In this document: positions 9,133 to 18,835 of the stretch, piece after piece | Layout: the number at the start of each line of letters is the position of its first letter | Numbering within the stretch: the first letter of the stretch is position 1 | Virus record (IMG/VR): IMGVR_UViG_3300025120_014919 | Location: 32,001-96,000 of that record | DNA: 64,000 nucleotides | Origin: a virus | Direction: 5' to 3' (one strand) | Made by a program: the position numbers and the translations under genes | The notes under the pieces: generated by a model | Seen by the model: the letters and a program-made list of their open reading frames with translations, nothing else | What the model was told of the DNA's origin: nothing | Database searches by the model: none

Positions 9133-9431
9133 CAGAAACGAGGTGGGGTAGCTACAATGTTTTATTTGATCGTAATGGTTATAAAATAAAAACTTTACAT
9201 ATTAGTCCAGGTAAATCTTTAAGCGATCAACGTCATTTTAAAAGAAGTGAGCATTGGTTTATATTAGAAGGTGAATTATGCATTAACGGTGACCTATATC
9301 ATAAAAATGATTTTATCAATATACCAGTTGAGAATTGGCATAAACCAGCTAATATTAGTAATAAAGAATGCATTATTTGTGAAATACAATACGGTGAAGA
9401 GTGCATTGAAGAAGATATTGAAAGAAGATAA
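9105..9431 (+). CDS. Cupin (mannose-6-phosphate isomerase type II C-terminal-like)
   Basis: RWGSY, PGKSLSDQRHFKRSEHW, EIQYG..EEDIER. Confidence 0.85.
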   Translation: MDIAKMGKITETRWGSYNVLFDRNGYKIKTLHISPGKSLSDQRHFKRSEHWFILEGELCINGDLYHKNDFINIPVENWHKPANISNKECIICEIQYGEECIEEDIERR

Positions 9432-10771
9432 TGGAAGATATAGGTAGATTAAATTTAGATTATTATGAGCAGGTTATAGTTTATAAGAGCTTGACTAACG
9501 AAAGTTATTTAACTCAAATTATAGACCATATAAAGCCGGATTATTTTAATGATAAAAATATTAAGACTGTCTTTAGTTTAATAACCAATTTTTATATTAA
9601 AAGGCAAAGTATACCTACTATTACTGAATTAAAGTCATACTTAATTAATGATGAACTTAAGGAAAGTTTTAGATCTGTTGTAAAGAATTTTCCTAATATT
9701 GATAAGAACTTTAATGATGAAGAGTTAACTTCTAATACTGAACGGTTCTTAAAAGAAAGAGCAATATATAATACAATGTTATCTGTTGCCGAGGACGTTA
9801 GTAAAGGTGAAGTTAATACAAGTTTTATTTTAGATAGTTTCGAAAAAAGCTGTAACGTTAATTTAAAGGAAGAGATAGGTTTAGATTTATTTGAAAATAT
9901 TGATAAGGTTGTAGATGATCTAAACGTAGACCAACCTACAATATCTTCTGGTTGGAAATGGTTAGATGATAAGATAGAGGGAGGCTTCTTACAAAATGGT
10001 AGATCGTTGTACGTATTTGCTGGTGAAGCTAATGTTGGTAAATCTATATTTTTAGGTAATATAGCTTGTAATATAGCTTCTAAAGGCAAGACGGTTTTAG
10101 TTATAAGCCTTGAAATGTCAGAGATGATATACGCAAGAAGGTTATCATCTAATATAACTAGAATACCAATGAGAGAATTAAAAGGTGCTGGTCAATCTTT
10201 ATCATCTCAAATAAAGAGTTATAATAATGGTAAACCTAATAGTAAGATTTTAATTAAAGAGTTTCCACCTAGTACTGTTACGCCGCAGAATATACAAGGC
10301 TATATTACAGAATTAAAAAATAGAGGTATTAAAGTTGATGCAGTGGTACTTGATTATTTAAATTTGTTAAAAAGTCCTCTTGGTGATAACTCTTATGAAA
10401 GGGTTAAGCATGTTGCAGAAGGTATTCGTGCTTTAAGTTATGTTTTTGAATGCCCGTTTATTTCTGCTACTCAGTTAAATAGATCTGGTTACGATGAAGC
10501 AAACCCTGGTTTAGATACGATATCAGAATCGATTGGAATGGCTGCTACTGCTGACTGTATTTTCAGTATATTCCAAGACGATGAAGATAAAGAATTAGGT
10601 ATAGTTAAAATGGGTATGATGAAAAATAGATATGGTGCTAATTATGGTCATACAGCATTACGGTTAGATTATGATACCTTAACTATTTCTGAAGATGAGA
10701 CACTAAACGTTGATGATGAAGGTAGTGAGATGTCTGATTTAACTAATACTCTTAACATGTTGAGTAATTAA
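9431..10771 (+). CDS. 41: Replicative DNA helicase (T4 gp41-like)
   Basis: Walker A GEANVGKS, SLEMSE, IKEFP, LDYLNL, SATQLNR, MKNRYG. Confidence 0.94.
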   Translation: MEDIGRLNLDYYEQVIVYKSLTNESYLTQIIDHIKPDYFNDKNIKTVFSLITNFYIKRQSIPTITELKSYLINDELKESFRSVVKNFPNIDKNFNDEELTSNTERFLKERAIYNTMLSVAEDVSKGEVNTSFILDSFEKSCNVNLKEEIGLDLFENIDKVVDDLNVDQPTISSGWKWLDDKIEGGFLQNGRSLYVFAGEANVGKSIFLGNIACNIASKGKTVLVISLEMSEMIYARRLSSNITRIPMRELKGAGQSLSSQIKSYNNGKPNSKILIKEFPPSTVTPQNIQGYITELKNRGIKVDAVVLDYLNLLKSPLGDNSYERVKHVAEGIRALSYVFECPFISATQLNRSGYDEANPGLDTISESIGMAATADCIFSIFQDDEDKELGIVKMGMMKNRYGANYGHTALRLDYDTLTISEDETLNVDDEGSEMSDLTNTLNMLSN

Positions 10772-10793
10772 AAAGAGGAACTAAATAAAATAA

Positions 10794-11669
10794 ATGCCTA
10801 AGATCCATATAATTACAGATGCAGATCTCGATGGAGCTGGTTCGTATCTTTGTTTAAAGCAAGCATATAAAGATACTACATTAACATACTCCGTTACAAC
10901 TGAAAAAAAGTTTATTAATGATATAGCCTATTTTAAATTTGAAGATTATGATTTAGTAATTATTAGTGATTTAAATCTAAAAGAAAGTGAAATTAGACTT
11001 TGTGATTTAAAAAACGTCATTGTAATTGATCATCACGCTGAGCATATAGAACTAATTCATAATTATAAAAATGCTAAACCAATAATAAAGGATTATCCTT
11101 CATGTACTAAGTTAATATATGATACTTTTAAGTTAGAAGATAAGCTTAATAAAAATCAAAAATTATTGGTTAAACTAATAGATGATTATGATAGTTATAC
11201 ATTAAAATTACCGTTTAGTAAACCATTGAATCAAGTATTTTGGTCTTATACAGGTGACAGAGTTAATAAATTTGAAAATGATTTTAAAGATGGTTTCTTC
11301 GGTTTTAATCAGTTTCAAAAAAATGCTTTAAAAATTATTGAAAATAAAATTGAAAGATTTTTTAAAGAAGAAACAATTCATAGGGGTAATTTAAAAATAG
11401 GCGATAAAAATTATAATGTTGCAGGTGTTGTGGTGACTTTTAGCCCTAATGAAATAGCAGAACGTATAATTAGTACATATGGAGTAGATTTTGTAATAAT
11501 GATTAATCTAATCGGTAAGAGTGTTTATATGAGACGTAGTACAGATTGTACGTTAAATATGGGTAAAATAGCTGCAAAACTAATGAACGGTGGTGGTCAT
11601 GAAGATGCCGCTGGTGGAACTTTAAACGATTCAGTCATTAATATTACTAAATTACTAAAACCCCTATAA
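10794..11669 (+). CDS. DHH/DHHA1 phosphoesterase
   Basis: DADLDG, ISDL, IDHH, GGGHEDAAGG. Confidence 0.88.
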   Translation: MPKIHIITDADLDGAGSYLCLKQAYKDTTLTYSVTTEKKFINDIAYFKFEDYDLVIISDLNLKESEIRLCDLKNVIVIDHHAEHIELIHNYKNAKPIIKDYPSCTKLIYDTFKLEDKLNKNQKLLVKLIDDYDSYTLKLPFSKPLNQVFWSYTGDRVNKFENDFKDGFFGFNQFQKNALKIIENKIERFFKEETIHRGNLKIGDKNYNVAGVVVTFSPNEIAERIISTYGVDFVIMINLIGKSVYMRRSTDCTLNMGKIAAKLMNGGGHEDAAGGTLNDSVINITKLLKPL

Positions 11670-11670
11670 T

Positions 11671-11961
11671 ATGTCAAAAAATATACCATACGAATCTCTA
11701 TTAGAAGAAGAATTTAATAAAATCTTTTATTCATTCTGTACATTTGTGGCTTTAAATTGTGATAAAAAAATGAATTTCGCAACAGTTTTTTTAAAGATAC
11801 TAGAAAATAAAGCATTCCGAGATATTTTTATTAGTGTTTTAGAAGAGGAAAACGAATTTACAGCAATTAAAAAATTTATACAGACTGAACCTTCAGTTAC
11901 AAAAAGTAAATACGTTACGAAGTTTTTAAACAAGTTTGGTGGTCTAGATGAACAATTTTGA
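11671..11961 (+). CDS. Hypothetical protein
   Basis: 96-aa ORF in operon. Confidence 0.7.
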   Translation: MSKNIPYESLLEEEFNKIFYSFCTFVALNCDKKMNFATVFLKILENKAFRDIFISVLEEENEFTAIKKFIQTEPSVTKSKYVTKFLNKFGGLDEQF

Positions 11962-12580
11962 AAAAATAATTTATAACAATTTTTTAGAAGTAAGTAAAAA
12001 AATAAATAACAAGCCAGTCAAGTATAGAAAGAATTTTGAAAACTTTCCGGATACTAATTATATTATAATAAACAAATTAAGTAACTTCTTTAAAAAATTT
12101 AACCATTTAAAAGTAAAAGACTTTTTTGAAGCCCCATATTTTGTTTATAATGAGAACTATTTTGATTTAAAATTTTACTTAAGTCCTAAAGCTATTAAAG
12201 CTTATACACTTTATAATGATAAGTTTTTACTTAATAATCCTGATGATGGTAAAACGTTATTAAAAATGCAGGATTCGATAAAATTTATTTATAATTACTG
12301 TAAAGATAAAGGTATCAATATAAATGAATACTTAAACATAAACGAAGGTGAATATAATGTTTTTCTGAAACATATTAAAAATAGAGATGTTATAATTTTT
12401 GTTTTGTTTGCTTTCAATAATTTCGAAAAAACTTTATCATTAATTGACGGTGATATTAAAAATATGTATAGTTCTAATTTTTCAAAACTTAACTATATTA
12501 GGACCAAATATTATTCGAGTTCGAAGGCAAAAAAAATAATTAATAATTTTAAAATATTCGTTGAAAACCAAAAAGTATAG
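11948..12580 (+). CDS. Hypothetical protein, possibly gp59-like helicase loader
   Basis: 210-aa K/F/Y-rich ORF directly upstream of gp32, the position gp59 occupies in T4; function from synteny only. Confidence 0.45.
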   Translation: MNNFEKIIYNNFLEVSKKINNKPVKYRKNFENFPDTNYIIINKLSNFFKKFNHLKVKDFFEAPYFVYNENYFDLKFYLSPKAIKAYTLYNDKFLLNNPDDGKTLLKMQDSIKFIYNYCKDKGININEYLNINEGEYNVFLKHIKNRDVIIFVLFAFNNFEKTLSLIDGDIKNMYSSNFSKLNYIRTKYYSSSKAKKIINNFKIFVENQKV

Positions 12581-12588
12581 TCTATAAT
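12561..12588 (+). promoter_or_regulatory. Sigma70-like promoter
   Basis: TTGAAA-N16-TATAAT, 6 nt before ATG 12595. Confidence 0.7.
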
Positions 12589-12594
12589 AAGAGT

Positions 12595-13452
12595 ATGAGT
12601 AATATAACGAGTTCAATGTTTGATAGTATTAAGTCTGCATTAGCAGCAGATAACGATAATAATAAGAGTGCAATAGGTGATATCTTAAAGACACCTCCTG
12701 GTAATACCTTTACTGTAAGGTTGTTACCTTATGCTAAAGATCCTTCTAAGACGTTCTTTCATTATTATCAGCATGGTTGGAATAGTTTTGCTACTGGTCA
12801 ATATACTAGTGCAATCTCTCTTCAAACCTTTGGTGAGAGAGATCCTATTGCTGAAGAGCGATATAAGATCCTTCGTACTGGTAATGAAGAAGAAAAGGAG
12901 AAGGCTAAGGCGATCGTACGTTCTGAGAAATGGTTAGTTAATGTATATGTTGTTAATGATCCTGTTAATCCTGAAAATAATGGTAAGGTTAAAATGCTTC
13001 GTTATGGTAAGCAAATTCATAATATTATTACTGATGCAATTGAAGGTGATGATGCAGCTGAATTAGGTCCTCGTATATTTGATCTAGGTCCTGATGGTGT
13101 TAACTTTAGAGTTAAAGTTGAGAAGCAAGGAGATTTTCCGACTTATGTATCATCTAAGTTTGGTATGCCTAGTGCAATCGATAATCTGGATGAAGATCGT
13201 CATAATGCAATTTATGAAAATGTATTTGAACTATCTAGTGTATTTAGCGTTAAGAGTGTAAATGAACTTAAAACGATGATGGATGAACATTATTACGTAA
13301 GAGATACGTCAGCTAATAATAGCGTTGTTGAGAATGTAATTGTAGATACGCCTATTGAGGAAGCAACCCCTGTTGTTGCTCCGGTAACTGAAACTAAAAA
13401 AGATGATGAAGATGAAGTTCTAAAAGAACTACTTGAAGGTTTGGATGTATAA
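12595..13452 (+). CDS. 32: Single-stranded DNA-binding protein (T4 gp32-like)
   Basis: VRLLP, NVYVVNDPVNPENNGKV..YGKQI, G.NFRVKV, Y.SSKF, acidic C-terminal tail. Confidence 0.88.
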   Translation: MSNITSSMFDSIKSALAADNDNNKSAIGDILKTPPGNTFTVRLLPYAKDPSKTFFHYYQHGWNSFATGQYTSAISLQTFGERDPIAEERYKILRTGNEEEKEKAKAIVRSEKWLVNVYVVNDPVNPENNGKVKMLRYGKQIHNIITDAIEGDDAAELGPRIFDLGPDGVNFRVKVEKQGDFPTYVSSKFGMPSAIDNLDEDRHNAIYENVFELSSVFSVKSVNELKTMMDEHYYVRDTSANNSVVENVIVDTPIEEATPVVAPVTETKKDDEDEVLKELLEGLDV

Positions 13453-13456
13453 TTAA

Positions 13457-14023
13457 ATGAGTGATCAATTACCACCAATGATTCCTATGCCAGAATCTGG
13501 TCAACCAGGACAACCAGGTCCTACACCTGATCAGATTACTAGGCAATTAACTCCTAAGGAAGAGCAAGATGTATTGGTTAATTTTATGGGTAATATGTAT
13601 GGTGAGTCTAAAAAAATGGATAACCATATTATTGCACCTTCTAGTACTTTACAAAGAGGTAAAAGCGAAGAGATAAAGAAACATATTGAACAAGTTATCG
13701 CTCAACCTCAGCAGTCTGTACCTCAACAGGTGCAGGCTGCTCCTCTTCAACCAGAGCCTCAGCAGCCTCAAGTACAAGCACCGGTACAGGTGCCGATTAC
13801 ACCTATTGAACATCAATCAGTAGACAATAGTCAATTATCATTTAATTTTAATACTACTGAAAAAGATGAATTATTCATACTAATTGAAAAGGTGTCGACA
13901 CGTTTAGATCGTTTACATAAGAAGGTTGATGATTTAACTGAAATAGTAAAGAATTCTAAAGTGACTTCTTTACCTATAAAGAAGGCAAAAAAAAAATCAG
14001 TTGATAAAAAAGAGGAAGTTTAA
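13457..14023 (+). CDS. Pro/Gln-rich hypothetical protein with C-terminal coiled coil
   Basis: 188-aa ORF. Confidence 0.75.
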   Translation: MSDQLPPMIPMPESGQPGQPGPTPDQITRQLTPKEEQDVLVNFMGNMYGESKKMDNHIIAPSSTLQRGKSEEIKKHIEQVIAQPQQSVPQQVQAAPLQPEPQQPQVQAPVQVPITPIEHQSVDNSQLSFNFNTTEKDELFILIEKVSTRLDRLHKKVDDLTEIVKNSKVTSLPIKKAKKKSVDKKEEV

Positions 14024-14040
14024 TATAATAAACATAGTTT

Positions 14041-14772
14041 ATGAGTTATTTAAAAATAAAAAATAAAAAAGATTTTGTATCTAATTTTTTAGGACCTGTA
14101 TCTAATTTAAATGATGCTTGTATTTTATCTATAGAAGGTAATATTATAAGTTGTACTTTGGCATCCGCGGATGCTACTATTGTATGTAAATCGAAAATGG
14201 AAATAGATTCTGATATCGATAATGTAAAATTAAATTTACCAGATATTAAAAAATTAGTTCGAGTGTTAGATATTATACCTAGTACTGAAATTGAATTAAA
14301 AATTAATGAAAATAATATTTCGTATAATAAAGATGGCTATAAATTTAAATACCATTTATTAGATGATGGTATTATTAAGCAACCAGCATTAAATGTTGAT
14401 AAAATAAATAAACTTAATTTTAATACAAAGTTTACAGTCAAGGAAAATGATTTAAATACGTTGTTTAAAGGTAGTTCTTTTGCTACTGAAACTTCTAAAG
14501 TTTACTTATATGAAGAAGATGGTAAAATTTGCAGTGAATTAGGAGATCGTTCAAGACATAACTCAGACAATTTTGTATGCAGTCTAAGTGATAGTTTTGA
14601 AGGTAATATCGATAAACCATTACCGGTTAATTTTGATTCTTTTAGACTAGTTAGTTTTAATGGTAGTAGAGAAGTAAATTTCAATATTAATACTGAGATG
14701 GGTGTGATTACTTGTTTGTTTAAAAAGGGTGATGCAGAATTGATTTATATTATTTCAGCATTAATTAATTGA
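14041..14772 (+). CDS. 45: DNA sliding clamp (T4 gp45-like)
   Basis: Size 243 aa, two-domain clamp-like pattern, replication context; TTGATA-N17-TATAAT upstream. Confidence 0.7.
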   Translation: MSYLKIKNKKDFVSNFLGPVSNLNDACILSIEGNIISCTLASADATIVCKSKMEIDSDIDNVKLNLPDIKKLVRVLDIIPSTEIELKINENNISYNKDGYKFKYHLLDDGIIKQPALNVDKINKLNFNTKFTVKENDLNTLFKGSSFATETSKVYLYEEDGKICSELGDRSRHNSDNFVCSLSDSFEGNIDKPLPVNFDSFRLVSFNGSREVNFNINTEMGVITCLFKKGDAELIYIISALIN

Positions 14773-14773
14773 T

Positions 14774-15124
14774 ATGGTAGATTGGTCAGAACATAAAGTA
14801 AAAAATAAAATTAAAACCCCTGGTTATTTCATTAAGAGATTAAAGGATAACGGGTTTGTTGTATTAAAAATGTTTAATGCATATTCTAATGTAGATCCAA
14901 GAAGATGGACAGTTTTAGTCGACCCAGGTTACCATAGTGTATATATAACCTGTTATACAAATAAAGGTGAAAAAGGCGAGGTAATGTTTGAATTTGATGA
15001 CGGTGGTAATAATTTTAATAAAGGGTTTTATATTCAAACTAATAGTATTGAAAGCATAGTTAATAATCTAATTGAAAGGGGTGTTAATAATGACCCAAAA
15101 CAAAACCCTTTTGCAAAAGCTTAA
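14774..15124 (+). CDS. Hypothetical protein
   Basis: 116-aa ORF in operon. Confidence 0.75.
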   Translation: MVDWSEHKVKNKIKTPGYFIKRLKDNGFVVLKMFNAYSNVDPRRWTVLVDPGYHSVYITCYTNKGEKGEVMFEFDDGGNNFNKGFYIQTNSIESIVNNLIERGVNNDPKQNPFAKA

Positions 15125-15132
15125 ATAATTAT

Positions 15133-15438
15133 ATGGATGAAAAGGATAAAGGTAATGAAGTAGAAAAGAAATCTACTAGCAAAGCTGATATCCGGGCCGA
15201 AGAAGTTATTAGAGAAGCTTTAAAGAAATTTGTAACAGAAAATATTTCTGAACGAAATACTGATAACGATATTAATGCTATGGTTTCCACTTGTAGTGAA
15301 TTTATGAAATCTTTTATAATTATGGGATATGATTTTCAGGGTAATGCAATCAAACCTGTTTTTTATGCTAAAACTGATATAGAAGCTGATGCATTAGCAC
15401 AACATATGCAGAAGTTTTTTATATCACAAATGAATTGA
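15133..15438 (+). CDS. Hypothetical protein
   Basis: 101-aa ORF, TAAATA-N5-ATG. Confidence 0.75.
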   Translation: MDEKDKGNEVEKKSTSKADIRAEEVIREALKKFVTENISERNTDNDINAMVSTCSEFMKSFIIMGYDFQGNAIKPVFYAKTDIEADALAQHMQKFFISQMN

Positions 15439-15462
15439 TTTACTAAAAATAGTTCATAAAAT
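15435..15462 (+). promoter_or_regulatory. Sigma70-like promoter
   Basis: TTGATT-N16-TAAAAT, 6 nt before ATG 15469. Confidence 0.65.
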
Positions 15463-15468
15463 ATATAT

Positions 15469-16341
15469 ATGAATATTTTAATTCTTGGCAAAGGTTATGT
15501 AGGTAACCATCTCCAAAAATACCTATCTGAGCAACAGGTACCGTATAATGATATATTTTTTAAATCAAAAAAAGATTTAGACTATACAAATTCAGAAGTG
15601 TTATATAACTTTTGCCTTTCAGAAGATATTGACACTGTAATTAATACATCTGGTTATACAGGTGCACCTAATGTAGATGGTTGTGAAGATAATAAAGAAG
15701 ATTGTTTTTATTATAATGTCAATGTACCTGTAATTATTGAAGGTATTTGCAAATCTTTAGATATGGATTTTATTCATATTGGGTCTGGTTGTATATATGG
15801 GGGTTATGATAAAGAGTATACAGAAGATGATACACCTAACTTTGGTGTATTTGAAAAGCAATCAAGTTTTTATAGTAAAACTAAACATATATCTGAACTA
15901 ATGCTTGATACTAATTTTACTAATATTATTCGAATTAGAATGCCTATCGAAAGTAAATTAACTAAGAAAAATCTATTAACTAAACTTATCAATTACCCTA
16001 ATTTAATCGATTTCGTTAATAGTAAAACAGATATGGTAGTTCTATGCGAATTTATTGAAACTGTAATGAAAAACTTTAAAGCTGGTATATATAATGCAGT
16101 TCATCATAGATCATTAGGTACTGAAGAAGTTATTGACATTTTAAAAGAATATGGTATTAAAAATGATAATTGGAAGTTTATACCTTATGATGAATTAGAA
16201 ATAAAATGTAATAGAAGTAATTGCGTATTATCTAATCAAAAAGCAAAAGATGATTTTAACTTTGATTTCGGTACCGAAGAACATTATCTAAGATTGAACG
16301 CTTCACTTATAGGAAAGGAACTAAAATGGGAAAAGAAATAG
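15469..16341 (+). CDS. NDP-4-keto-6-deoxyglucose 3,5-epimerase/4-reductase (UER/RmlD-like SDR)
   Basis: GKGYVG, TGAPNVDGCE, SGCIY, PNFG..SFYSKTK, RIRMPI. Confidence 0.82.
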   Translation: MNILILGKGYVGNHLQKYLSEQQVPYNDIFFKSKKDLDYTNSEVLYNFCLSEDIDTVINTSGYTGAPNVDGCEDNKEDCFYYNVNVPVIIEGICKSLDMDFIHIGSGCIYGGYDKEYTEDDTPNFGVFEKQSSFYSKTKHISELMLDTNFTNIIRIRMPIESKLTKKNLLTKLINYPNLIDFVNSKTDMVVLCEFIETVMKNFKAGIYNAVHHRSLGTEEVIDILKEYGIKNDNWKFIPYDELEIKCNRSNCVLSNQKAKDDFNFDFGTEEHYLRLNASLIGKELKWEKK

Positions 16342-16778
16342 TAGGTTTTACTGCAGGTAATTTTGACTTGTTACACCCAGGGTATATATATACTTTTGAA
16401 GAGGCTAAAAGACATTGTGATAGATTTTTAGTATTTTTACAAAAAGATCCATCTGCCACGAGGTATACAAAATATAAACCTGTAATACCTTATTATGAAC
16501 GGTATAAAACTTTAATGGCAATACAATATATTGACGATGTTTATTTGTATCAAACAGAAGAAGAACTGATAGAGTTAATTAAATTTTTTAAACCTGATAT
16601 TAGAATATTAGGTGAAGACTATATTGGTAAATCATTTACAGGTGATGATCTTTCTCCTGAAGTTATATACACAACCCGTTCACATGAATGGTCGACGACA
16701 AAAATTAAAGATTTAATCACGGTACAGACAATAACACAAAACCCTGATATAGTAAAAAATATACGTACAAAAAAATGA
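16326..16778 (+). CDS. Cytidylyltransferase (TagD-like)
   Basis: AGNFDLLHPGY, GEDY, RSHEWSTT. Confidence 0.85.
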   Translation: MGKEIVGFTAGNFDLLHPGYIYTFEEAKRHCDRFLVFLQKDPSATRYTKYKPVIPYYERYKTLMAIQYIDDVYLYQTEEELIELIKFFKPDIRILGEDYIGKSFTGDDLSPEVIYTTRSHEWSTTKIKDLITVQTITQNPDIVKNIRTKK

Positions 16779-17632
16779 AAAATAAAAAAATATTAGTAAC
16801 TGGAGGAGCGGGATTTGTCGGTACAAATCTTATTAAAAAATTATTAAATGAAGGTCATACGGTAATATCAATTGATAATTATTCAACCGGATATGAAACA
16901 AATCATATAGATGGTTGTACTTATATTTCTGGAGATATTACAAATAATAAAGTTATAAATTTATTACCGACGGACGTCGATGTAATGTTTCATTTAGCAG
17001 CTCTTGCAAGAATCCAACCTTCATTAGTTAACCCTAAAAATACAATAGAGAATAATTTCAACGGTACTCTAAACGTACTAGAATATGCTAAAGTAAATAA
17101 TATTCAGGTCATATATGCTGGTTCAAGTTCAATGCATCATGGATTATATGGTAGCCCATATGCATGGTCAAAGTTTGGTGGGGAGGAATTATGTAAATTG
17201 TACAGTTCAGTATTCGACTTAAATACCACTATTTGCCGCTTTTATAATGTATATGGCCCACATCAATTAAAGACAGGTACATACGCTACCGTCATAGGTA
17301 TATTTTTAGATCAATTTAATAATAAACAACCTTTAACTATTACAGGGGACGGAGAACAACGAAGAGATTTTACACATGTTTTTGATATAGTAGATGCATT
17401 ATATCTTTGTATAGGTAAAGATTTTAGAGGTGAATTTTTTGAATTGGGTCGTGGGGTAAATTATTCAATTAATGAATTAGCTAATATGTGGGGAGAGTAT
17501 CCAAATGTACATATACCAGCTAGACCTGGTGAGTATCCATTTACTCTATGTGAAGATAAAAATGCATATAACAAGCTTGGGTGGCAACCTAAAATAGATT
17601 TAGAATATTATATTAAAAAGGAGATATTATAA
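16775..17632 (+). CDS. NAD-dependent nucleotide-sugar epimerase/dehydratase
   Basis: TGGAGFVG, HLAA, YAGSSS, YAWSK, RFYNVYGP, GDGEQRRDF. Confidence 0.92.
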   Translation: MKNKKILVTGGAGFVGTNLIKKLLNEGHTVISIDNYSTGYETNHIDGCTYISGDITNNKVINLLPTDVDVMFHLAALARIQPSLVNPKNTIENNFNGTLNVLEYAKVNNIQVIYAGSSSMHHGLYGSPYAWSKFGGEELCKLYSSVFDLNTTICRFYNVYGPHQLKTGTYATVIGIFLDQFNNKQPLTITGDGEQRRDFTHVFDIVDALYLCIGKDFRGEFFELGRGVNYSINELANMWGEYPNVHIPARPGEYPFTLCEDKNAYNKLGWQPKIDLEYYIKKEIL

Positions 17633-17634
17633 TA

Positions 17635-18564
17635 ATGGAAAATAAAAATATATTAGTTACCGGTGGCTGCGGGTTTATAGGTGGTAATTTTATAAGGTTT
17701 TTAAGAGATAACTTTCCTAAAAATACTATAACATGTTTAGATAAATGCGGATATGCATCAAATTTTGAATACATAAAAGACTATATCGATGTGATGATTA
17801 CTAAAGATATTTCTGAGGATATATCATCTGTATTTGCTATAAAATATGACTATATTTTTCATTTTGCAGCTGAAAGTCATGTCGATAATAGTATAGCGGA
17901 TCCTACTATTTTTGTTAAATCTAACGTATTAGGTACACAAAATTTACTTGAAGGTTTTCGTGAAGCTAATTACGGAAAATTTATACATATTAGTACCGAT
18001 GAGGTTTACGGACACTTAGGGTTCGATGATCCCTCATTTACTGAGTTAACCCCTATTGCACCTCGTTCTCCATATGCTGCAAGTAAAGCAGCAAGCGATC
18101 TCTTATGTTTATCATATATTAATACTTTTAATTGTAATATTAGTATTACTCGCTGTTGTAATAATTATGGTCCTAATCAACACGATGAAAAATTTATACC
18201 TACTATAATTAAATCATTGAAAAATGGTAAAAAAGTTCCAGTATATGGGGAAGGTATGAATATAAGAGAGTGGATTCATGTACATGATCATAATTTAGCA
18301 GTTTGGGCAGTTGCAAGGGAAGGTAAACAAGGGGTTTATAATATTGGATCTGGTTTAGAATTAACAAATATCGAACTTGTAGATAAAATATGTTGTGTAT
18401 TAGGTAAAGACCTAGATGAAAGTGTTATTTTTGTAAAAGATAGATTAGGTCATGATTTCAGATATAGTATTGATAGTACAAAAATAAAAGATGAACTATG
18501 TTTTGAACCGGTATATAATGATTTTGATAATCAATTAGAAGAATTGGTAAAAAATTATGGCTAA
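17635..18564 (+). CDS. rmlB: dTDP-glucose 4,6-dehydratase
   Basis: TGGCGFIG, HFAAESHVDNSI, HISTDEVYG, SPYAASK, NNYGP.Q..EK.IP, DRLGHDFRY. Confidence 0.93.
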   Translation: MENKNILVTGGCGFIGGNFIRFLRDNFPKNTITCLDKCGYASNFEYIKDYIDVMITKDISEDISSVFAIKYDYIFHFAAESHVDNSIADPTIFVKSNVLGTQNLLEGFREANYGKFIHISTDEVYGHLGFDDPSFTELTPIAPRSPYAASKAASDLLCLSYINTFNCNISITRCCNNYGPNQHDEKFIPTIIKSLKNGKKVPVYGEGMNIREWIHVHDHNLAVWAVAREGKQGVYNIGSGLELTNIELVDKICCVLGKDLDESVIFVKDRLGHDFRYSIDSTKIKDELCFEPVYNDFDNQLEELVKNYG

Positions 18565-18835
18565 GATAAAAATTAAAGCTGGTAACATGTATGCATGTCA
18601 CCATGGTGAATATGCTGGTCAGTTATTTGCATTTATTTGCCGAGATAAAAAGGAACAGACGTATAATTTTCTTAGAATGCCAGATATGATAATAACCAAA
18701 ATGTCTCAAACCGATTTTGATAATGGTTTAGATAAAGAAATTATTAAATTTGTAGAAAAATGTCCAAAATACGTGTTTAAAGTTATCCAATCACAATATA
18801 AGAAAAATGAAAATACTGACAATAGACGGAAATAA
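18557..18835 (+). CDS. Hypothetical protein
   Basis: 92-aa ORF overlapping both neighbours. Confidence 0.7.
   Translation: MAKIKIKAGNMYACHHGEYAGQLFAFICRDKKEQTYNFLRMPDMIITKMSQTDFDNGLDKEIIKFVEKCPKYVFKVIQSQYKKNENTDNRRK

Noticed and set aside
11671-11961. gp33-like late transcription coactivator by synteny
   Set aside because: Position fits the T4 33-59-32 order, but no sequence motif could be recognised
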